Source of the DNA: an uncultured Clostridiaceae bacterium
GTDB taxonomy: Bacteria; Bacillota; Clostridia; Saccharofermentanales; UBA5734
DNA: 64,000 bases
Reading direction: 5' to 3'
NCBI GenBank assembly: GCA_942493365.1
Contig: OW818697.1
Span: 1,634,634 to 1,698,633, forward strand
A program made the translations under genes and the position numbers. Within the stretch, counting starts at the first letter, position 1, and each line of letters begins with the position of its first letter. The notes beneath the pieces were generated by a model. The model did no database searches and was not told where the DNA came from. It saw nothing but the letters and a program-made list of their open reading frames with translations. Shown here piece after piece: positions 56,182 through 61,663 of this stretch.

Positions 56182-56745
56182 TCAGGTTTCGCGCGTCGAT
56201 GCTTGGACAATGAAAAAGATCAAATAGACGACTGCCAAAATGGCTGAAACCAAGGTCCAAAAAGCAAAAGCTGAAATCATCCCAACAGCCAAGGATCCAA
56301 GTATTGCGCAAACTATAAAGATGATCATCGTGGCCAAAGAGGCCCCGCGGCTTCGTCGCCCGGCAGTCGAAGTAATGCCCGCCGCCAGGAAAAACATGAA
56401 AAATAGTAATATTCCAAATCCCATGGCGGCACTCGAAGCGGAATCGTTATAATAATAGGGATAACTTTTTACACTCATAGCGACAGAAAGCAACCCGATC
56501 ATTGGCGAAACAACAATGCACAAAATTCCGATGACCATCTTGGCCACCATCGTGCCCGTTAATCGCGGGCGCGGCAGTTTCGGTAGTCTGCCTGGATATA
56601 CCGGGTAGTAAATCGGGACTGGTGCAATGTACGGCTGGTTTATGACGGGGCGTCCATAAGGATTGGCTGACTGTCCAGGTGCTGCTGTTCCGCAATCTGG
56701 GCAAAATCGGCTTTCATACTGGGTTCCTCAATTTGGACAATACAT
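56182..56745 (-). pseudogene. zinc-ribbon / Pro-Tyr-rich linker / 4-TM membrane protein with an in-frame TGA at codon 6
   Basis: The minus strand reads AAAGGAG-N7-ATG TAT TGT CCA AAT TGA GGA ACC CAG TAT GAA AGC CGA TTT TGC CCA GAT TGC GGA. This gives MYCPN*GTQYESRFCPDCG..PYGRPVINQPYIAPVPIYYPVYPG.. and runs in the same frame into MVAKMVIGILCIVV... (ORF 56182-56550). The TGA (56730-56728) sits where the second Cys of the CPNC knuckle is expected. Confidence 0.6.
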
Positions 56746-56825
56746 CGGCGATTCTCCTTTATTGAGTATTTTGAAGTTTAAGAATGTTTAAGATTTTTCA
56801 TCGTAATTCTATCATAACAAACATT

Positions 56826-56847
56826 TTATGTCGATCAGTTCTCTAGG
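56826..56847. repeat. 22-nt exact direct repeat, copy 1 (remnant of an NTase gene 3' end)
   Basis: atgtcgatcagttctctaggat is identical to 58193-58214. Similarity continues weakly for ~9 more nt. On the minus strand it reads ..ATC CTA GAG AAC TGA (ILEN*), as at the end of the NTase gene. Confidence 0.9.
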
Positions 56848-56969
56848 ATTGATAGCTACGCTTTCCTGAAAGCTTTAAGTACACATCTATTACAGTGAAA
56901 AAGCTGGACGCATCGTTTCAATTGCGCCCCTGCTTAAACCAACATACTCTGCAAAATTGAACCAGTGCT

Positions 56970-57070
56970 TTTTGCTGCGATACAAGTTTCCCAAAGTTCT
57001 GAGCGATTAAAGAAATAATCAGGGTGTTCAGACTAACGCCTTCTTCTTCCGCTTGAACAGCAATTTCCTT
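56970..57070 (-). pseudogene. fragment of a hicB-type antitoxin 3' region (RHH-like C-terminus) duplicated from, or related to, 59424-59524
   Basis: By hand alignment about 91 of 101 nt are identical to the 3' end of the intact hicB. It encodes KEIAVQAEEEGVSLNTLIISLIAQNFGKLVSQQ versus KEIAIQAEEEGVSLNTLIISLISQNYGKLVSQQ. Confidence 0.8.
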
Positions 57071-57335
57071 AGTCAGCTTGAATACTGACTCTAAACCCGC
57101 CATAAAGATCATCCTTTCTAATCGGTTCAATTACAACGAGTGAAAATTCTACATCATCATCAAGATTTATCGCCATAATTTCTGCAACGGCTTTTCTTAA
57201 CGTGACCTCTGAAATAGGGTAATTTATAATTGTCGCATCCATATCCATGGTGGAACGCAGATCAATCCCAATACAAGCCGCAATCAACAAACCGCCTTTC
57301 AAAATGAAGTTGTCCTTATAATCCGATTTCGACAA
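57069..57335 (-). pseudogene. AbiEii/AbiGii-type nucleotidyltransferase toxin, truncated at both ends
   Basis: (NERFLERL)SKSDYKDNFILKGGLLIAACIGIDLRSTMDMDATI...IEPIRKDDLYGGFRVSIQA matches the N-terminal third of AbiEii (DUF1814) proteins. The ~40 N-terminal residues usual in this family and the whole C-terminal two thirds are missing. The frame ends where the hicB-like fragment begins. Confidence 0.7.
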
Positions 57336-57366
57336 TCTTTCTAAAAATCTTTCATTACTTTTCCAC

Positions 57367-57969
57367 TCACATGAGTACCTCCAAATAATTCCTCAAAGTC
57401 TTCTCAACACCTAACTCCCTGGCGGTTTCCATAAGTAATTGAAAATCCAATGATTTATTGTTGGCAACTCTTTTCAGTGCCTCACTGAAGATTTGAATAT
57501 CAATTCGATTTTTACTTCTGAGGACATCGCAGATCGTTCTTTCTAGCGAATAAACCGTGACGGTATTGCCAAAGGAAGTCTTGGTTTTTGTTACTCCCAA
57601 TAAGTGCAGATCTTTTTTGATGAAATAGATTTTAAACTTGTCAGTGATTGTTTTCACGACCTTGTAACCACTGGGCACCGTTGCCGAATACTCAAACAGC
57701 GTACGATCTGACATCCCATGTAAATACAGGGCTGTTTCATGCGAATAAATCAGCTTTGGATACTTGCCTTGCATGGCAAACATTACATCTTCGACGGCGT
57801 CAGGAAGTGCGTAGACGCCTCTACCTACCCTTTCAAGCTGGCCATCGGCCACCATCAGTGAAAGGTAGGTCCTGGGGATCTCATACTTGTTTAAGTCAGA
57901 GCTTAACACCGTACCGTTCTGTTGTTTGATCAGCTCATCCAATTTTTTTTGATTACCGAAAGTCTTCAC
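57367..57969 (-). CDS. AbiEi-family type IV toxin-antitoxin antitoxin (wHTH transcriptional regulator)
   Basis: GTVLSSDLNKYEIPRTYLSLMVADGQLERVGRGVYAL is an AbiEi N-terminal wHTH. The C-terminal part contains YSLERTICDVLR. GTG start. It lies directly upstream of the AbiEii remnant. Confidence 0.8.
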   Translation of the reverse strand: MKTFGNQKKLDELIKQQNGTVLSSDLNKYEIPRTYLSLMVADGQLERVGRGVYALPDAVEDVMFAMQGKYPKLIYSHETALYLHGMSDRTLFEYSATVPSGYKVVKTITDKFKIYFIKKDLHLLGVTKTKTSFGNTVTVYSLERTICDVLRSKNRIDIQIFSEALKRVANNKSLDFQLLMETARELGVEKTLRNYLEVLM

Positions 57970-58192
57970 CTACTTTTCATTTATACTTACATTATCATCT
58001 TAATAAGTATAATTGTAAAGATGTGGTTTGCAGGTATAAAATTCTTCTGTGACTTCCGGCTTTTCTTGATCAGCTGCAGCATTCTGGCGGCTGCACCACT
58101 TAGTTTATTGGTGCCGGTTTCCCATGCGGGGAGATACAGTATTGATGCAAATTCGCAGCATTTTTCATACCAAATGTCTCTTCACTATTCAT

Positions 58193-58214
58193 ATGTCGAT
58201 CAGTTCTCTAGGAT
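58193..58214. repeat. 22-nt exact direct repeat, copy 2 (the real 3' end of the NTase gene)
   Basis: Identical to 56826-56847. Confidence 0.9.
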
Positions 58215-58956
58215 CGACAGCATAAGCGCGTTAAGCGGTGCCCAATCGCCTTGCTTTTCGTTTGGCTTGGCTTCAATTTGCTCACGAATCACCCTCAGGT
58301 TTCGTTCGATGAAATTGTTTAGTTCATCAATGCGCGGCGTTTCGCGGATTTCCGGCGAGGTTGTTTTCAGCTTTAACAAATCGTCGATGATCGGCCTGAG
58401 TTCAGGTTCGAGCTGTGTTTCGACAAGCTCGGTGAAAGGCATGGGCGGCGGCGTCCCGTTCTGCAATATCCAGCGACACGCCAACAGCGGTCTGATCACA
58501 TAGAAATACTTTTTCGCCTTGACCATTTCGCCCTTGAGATAATCCCGATAGTTTCCCTCGGCCATGCTCAGATAATGCCACAGCCCGGATTTGGCTACGA
58601 AATACTTGCTGATGAGCGGCAATAATTTTTCGAAATGCTCCGAGGTTTTATAAACGATGGGTGAATTGCTCCATTCAAAAAGAGTCGGATTTGAGGTATG
58701 CAAAAGCTTGAGCGTTTTGTCAATATCCCAGCCGTTAAATATCCAGCACGTCACTGAGCGGATATTCCATCACGTCTCTAGGCTTGTCGAGTCGAAGGTA
58801 ATGTTCCTTTGAACGCACGTAAAAAAAGCGCACATCATAATCGCTGTCGGGCGAGGCGAAGCCCCAAGCCCGGCTGCCGGATTCAACAGCATGTAAAATG
58901 GTGATATTTTCCGATCTCTCAATTTCTGTCAGTTTCTCAATGATGATTGCTTGCAT
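58200..58956 (-). pseudogene. Pol-beta superfamily nucleotidyltransferase (Nuc-transf/RlaP-like, YcgL-type) split by a frameshift in a T-run
   Basis: ORF 58735-58998 has LHAVESGSRAWGFASPDSDYDVRFFYV...PLSDVLDI*. ORF 58200-58754 continues in another frame with NGWDIDKTLKLLHTSNPTLFEWSNSPIVY.... Deleting one T from GATATTTAAC (plus-strand aaa at 58737-58739) restores ...DVLDINGWDIDK. The start is set to ATG 58956, after GAAGGGA. Confidence 0.75.
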
Positions 58957-59353
58957 CAAATGTCCCTTCCATGGCTGCCCTGAACGCTTTGTCGTCAAAG
59001 CCCGAATTTCTCTTCAATCCGAAATTGGGCAAAAGTTTCTGCGGCCGCGGTGAATTTGGCAGAACAACGGTCAGCACCAAATATTTGCTAATCACATCAG
59101 CTCGATCAAGTGAGTAACATTCCGAACCGTTTGGCTTGTCAAAGGAATCAAGAGGAATAAAAATCAGCCGGTTTTTCGTCACACCCACCCAATAATAAAT
59201 TGCGATAAACGCATTTACCAGAGGTGGGACAAATAAGGTCTGCATAAATGAGATCTGTTTATCAAATTTCCCAGTTGCCAACAGCTGCTCTTCCGGCAGT
59301 AAAAACTTCTCCAGCGCTTCGCGTGCAATTTGTTCTTGTTTTATCTTTTCCAT
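58937..59353 (-). CDS. hypothetical protein, possibly a bacterial PH-like (YokE/bPH-type) domain
   Basis: ~138 aa. The pattern LLATGKFDKQ....WVGVTKNRLIFIPLD recalls bPH domains, but the assignment is weak. ATG 59353 follows GGGAGGG. Confidence 0.4.
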   Translation of the reverse strand: MEKIKQEQIAREALEKFLLPEEQLLATGKFDKQISFMQTLFVPPLVNAFIAIYYWVGVTKNRLIFIPLDSFDKPNGSECYSLDRADVISKYLVLTVVLPNSPRPQKLLPNFGLKRNSGFDDKAFRAAMEGTFDASNHH

Positions 59354-59407
59354 ACTCAAACCCTCCCGGCGTTCAATGCCAAATTTGACTATAGTTTCTT
59401 CTGTTTA

Positions 59408-59782
59408 TTATAACCGATTATCATTTTGCTGCGATACAAGTTTCCCATAGTTCTGCGAGATTAAAGAAATAATCAGGGTGTTCAGACTAACGCCTTCCTC
59501 TTCAGCCTGGATGGCAATTTCTTTGTGTAAAGTTTTCGGCAACCTCAAAACAAGTCTTCCGCTAAAAGAAGTGCATGTTTCCTTCGGCGTCGGATAGCTC
59601 TGATGTTCCTCATAGTATTCATCCAGCCATAGCTCGCAAGCCGTTTTGGCCTCCAGAAGGGCCTCCGCTTCGCTTTCGCCGACAGCTGTGCAACCTGGAA
59701 GATCCGGGAACTCGACGACCCAGGAGATGTTTCCATTTTTGTTGGTATAGGGGAATACAGTTTTTCTATAGTTGGGGTACAT
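59408..59782 (-). CDS. hicB: HicB-family antitoxin (HicB fold plus C-terminal RHH-like DNA-binding tail); no hicA seen nearby
   Basis: ISWVVEFPDLPGCTAVGESEAEALLEAKTACELWLDEY is the HicB core. The C-terminal part is LRLPKTLHKEIAIQAEEEGVSLNTLIISLISQ. The start is ATG 59782 after AAGAGG (alternative 59806). Confidence 0.8.
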   Translation of the reverse strand: MYPNYRKTVFPYTNKNGNISWVVEFPDLPGCTAVGESEAEALLEAKTACELWLDEYYEEHQSYPTPKETCTSFSGRLVLRLPKTLHKEIAIQAEEEGVSLNTLIISLISQNYGKLVSQQNDNRL

Positions 59783-59810
59783 TGGCAAAACCTCTTTTCT
59801 AGTCATTGGT

Positions 59811-60671
59811 CTATTTAAACAGTCCCTCCCAATTGTCTGGGAACCCGTTGAATGCAAGATTAATATCATCAGCATATTTATGGACCAGAGCCGTAAGATT
59901 TTCAGAGAAAGATCGCCAATTTGAGCCTTTCTCTAGATTTAATCTCTTTAACATTATAATAACCGGAAATATTTTTATGCTATTGTAAGCAGAATCATCC
60001 TTAAATAGTTTAGGACGTTTCACGATTATTCGATTGTAGAGTCGACCATTGTGTGCGCAAATGTTCCGAATGTAACAAAGACACTCAAACCAGCCGGCAA
60101 GATAAAATTCGTCTATCCCAAAGCATAGTGCAATAGCTTTTTGATCTCCCGGTAACAGATTCCCAAAAAGTTTTGAAGTAATTCCAAATGACCAGGTTTC
60201 GATTGCCGCCCAGATAGGTAAGTCTTTATATATCTCAACATGATGCTTAACAAATGCTGCATCTATCATTTGATCGATTGCATTGGTATGCATTTTTAGA
60301 AACTTTTCGTGTTGCTGCTGATTCGAAAATATCGAACTATCTTTGTGGCAAATATTGCCGTACTTTATCGCCAAGTGGTTTGAAATTGAAGCTCGAAGTT
60401 TAATCTCAATTGGCTCGATTACAGCAATAAATAATCGACGTAGATTTTCATCAAATCTATAGATTCGGTAAATTTGTTCGAAAGTTGTACCTGAACGGAA
60501 AATATTGTTTCTTCGAAGTCCAAGACTATATGCGCTTAATCTGTAGTAGTGAATTCTAGATAGTAAGGTCTCGGCAGATTTATCGCTGCTGATAGTCATT
60601 CCGCGGTCCTTTAGGATTTGGATCTGCTGTTTTATCGTGGTAGCGGATTTTAAGCCTACATCATTTAGCAT
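59811..60671 (-). CDS. Abi_2 family (AbiD/AbiF-type) abortive infection protein, HEPN-like
   Basis: QIQILKDRGM...LLSRIHYYRLSAYS...IYRFDENLRRL...IEIKLRASISNHLA...YIRNICAHNGRLYN (Rx4H). The start is set to ATG 60671, because the upstream 12 codons of the ORF track lie inside the duplicated leader. Confidence 0.85.
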   Translation of the reverse strand: MLNDVGLKSATTIKQQIQILKDRGMTISSDKSAETLLSRIHYYRLSAYSLGLRRNNIFRSGTTFEQIYRIYRFDENLRRLFIAVIEPIEIKLRASISNHLAIKYGNICHKDSSIFSNQQQHEKFLKMHTNAIDQMIDAAFVKHHVEIYKDLPIWAAIETWSFGITSKLFGNLLPGDQKAIALCFGIDEFYLAGWFECLCYIRNICAHNGRLYNRIIVKRPKLFKDDSAYNSIKIFPVIIMLKRLNLEKGSNWRSFSENLTALVHKYADDINLAFNGFPDNWEGLFK

Positions 60672-60691
60672 ATGTTCACCCAGTCCGTTCC

Positions 60692-60757
60692 AAAAAAATG
60701 ACCCCACTTGGTCCGCGGTTTCTCTTTCGAGCCCTAAGCGTGTGGGGTACTGTTATC
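60692..60757 (-). ncRNA. structured leader/small RNA with an intrinsic terminator upstream of the Abi_2 gene (copy 1)
   Basis: The minus strand reads GGGGAUAACAGUACCCCACACGCUUAGGGCUCGAAAGAGAAACCGCGGACCAAGUGGGGUCAUUUUUUU. ACCCCAC/GUGGGGU form a 7-bp closing stem. Inner pairs are CGC/GCG, GG/CC and CUC-GAAA-GAG. A U7 tract follows. The 5' end is inferred from the promoter, not measured. Confidence 0.5.
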
Positions 60758-60760
60758 CCC

Positions 60761-60790
60761 ATTATACAACAAGTTCTGTGTCTAATGCAA
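60761..60790 (-). promoter_or_regulatory. candidate promoter driving the leader RNA and Abi_2 operon
   Basis: On the minus strand, TTGCAT (60790-60785), 18-nt spacer, TATAAT (60766-60761). It is conserved in the second copy (61580-61575 / 61556-61551). Confidence 0.5.
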
Positions 60791-60968
60791 CTTCAATATT
60801 GTTAGTTTGCGGAAAATTAAGTGACATTATTATGATACTATATGCGATACTGTATTTCAAGATTCTATACTTGCTTTTCAGTCAATTATATATCGCTTTT
60901 GAAATGTGATGAGCGACATTCGTTCGACAAATTTCGACAATAGCTCCTCTTGCTTTTGATCCATACCA

Positions 60969-61271
60969 TTACCTGACAGCCTTTCTAATTTCCTTCTCTT
61001 CCAACTGCAATTTGTTCAGTGTATCTTGAAAATAGTGGCGTTTGTCAATTTTCTTCTGAATTTCATCCGAGTCGAACTTATCCTTGGGCCCCAAATAGTC
61101 TGTCTTCACTTTTTTATGAACCCGATAGAGCAGATAGTAATAATCTCGATTCTTGACTTTTTTCAAAATGATCTTGCCTTTAGGCAGCGCGTCAATTTGT
61201 TCCTGGTATGATTTTTGCATGTCCAGATTTCGTTCCAATTCTTCGATGAGAACATTTTTAACTATTGACAC
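60969..61271 (-). CDS. small basic protein of unknown function (100 aa), possible DNA-binding autoregulator
   Basis: GTG start 5 nt after GAGGTG. It contains KGKIILKKVKNRDYYYLLYRVHKKVKTDYLG plus a charged helical tail. I know the motif from small proteins in mobile/defence contexts but cannot name a family. Confidence 0.55.
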   Translation of the reverse strand: MSIVKNVLIEELERNLDMQKSYQEQIDALPKGKIILKKVKNRDYYYLLYRVHKKVKTDYLGPKDKFDSDEIQKKIDKRHYFQDTLNKLQLEEKEIRKAVR

Positions 61272-61320
61272 TATGTCACCTCATACATAAAAAATAATCA
61301 AAACTGAAATTGGCAGGTTT

Positions 61321-61419
61321 TACCCTACATAATGAAATATTGTTGGCAATTTGTAGGGTATCCATTTAAATGTATTCTACCATACATATATAGATTTTTC
61401 CATATAATTGTAGGGTATC
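61321..61419. promoter_or_regulatory. operator-like triad of TGTAGGGTA motifs around a candidate promoter of the 100-aa gene
   Basis: TTGTAGGGTATC occurs at 61351-61362 and 61408-61419, with an inverted TACCCTACA at 61321-61329. The minus-strand promoter is TGGAAA (61402-61397), 17 nt, TGgTAGAAT (TAGAAT at 61379-61374). Confidence 0.45.
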
Positions 61420-61465
61420 TTTATTCCTCTACTTTCTAAATAATCCGCTTCTTCTCGTCCATACG

Positions 61466-61593
61466 CTCACCCAGTCCATCCAAAATAAAAGACCCCACTT
61501 GGTCCGCGGTTTCTCTTTCGAGCCCTAAGCGTGTGGGGTACTGTTATCCCCATTATACAACAAGTTCTGTGTCTCATGCAATTCACTCAATAT
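61466..61593. repeat. ~128-nt direct repeat, copy 2 (orphan leader module)
   Basis: See copy 1. It is followed on the minus strand by GGGTGAGCGT ATG GAC GAG AAG AAG CGG ATT ATT TAG, only 8 codons. Confidence 0.95.
61481..61547 (-). ncRNA. second copy of the structured RNA with terminator, not followed by an abi gene
   Basis: The RNA core is identical to copy 1. The U-tract is CUUUUAUUUU. Its own TTGCAT-18-TATAAT promoter is retained. Confidence 0.45.
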
Positions 61594-61663
61594 TACATTC
61601 ATTCAATTTTACATCGCATTAGAAATGAACAGAACGTCGTTCGTTCGACAAATCTCGACAAAA

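Larger units (their letters stand above)
60676..60800. repeat. ~125-nt direct repeat, copy 1 (promoter + structured RNA + terminator + RBS region)
   Basis: The core 60700-60783 is 84/84 identical to 61490-61573, with flanks roughly 80 percent identical. Confidence 0.95.

Noticed and set aside
56550-56717. My first reading of the zinc-ribbon gene: start at ATG 56717 (MKADFAQIAEQ...) with a 1-nt frameshift in an AAA run.
   Set aside because: Extending the zinc-ribbon frame upstream reveals a better start (ATG 56745 with an AAAGGAG RBS) and the first CPN(C) knuckle. The only lesion needed is the in-frame TGA at 56730-56728, so no frameshift is required.
56680-56730. Selenocysteine decoding of the in-frame TGA.
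   Set aside because: I could not fold a SECIS-like stem-loop starting about 10-20 nt downstream of the TGA. A structural zinc-ribbon Cys is also not a typical Sec position. I keep it only as a low-probability alternative that needs a proper SECIS and sel-gene search.
57922-58503. Plus-strand 193-aa ORF spanning the abiEi-NTase intergenic region, and the 30-codon minus-strand ORF MNSEETFGMKNAANLHQYCISPHGKPAPIN (about 58105-58197).
   Set aside because: The plus-strand ORF is hydrophobic, low-complexity sequence antisense to the NTase gene. The short minus-strand ORF has no RBS and looks like another gene remnant. There is not enough evidence to call either.
60676-61593. The ~125-nt repeats as integron attC sites, IS/MITE ends or a CRISPR-like array.
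   Set aside because: There are only two copies, 790 nt apart, and no integrase, transposase or cas genes. The repeat lacks the attC R''/R' (RYYYAAC/GTTRRRY) ends and terminal inverted repeats. Its content (promoter, hairpin, U-tract, RBS) is better explained as a transcription unit.
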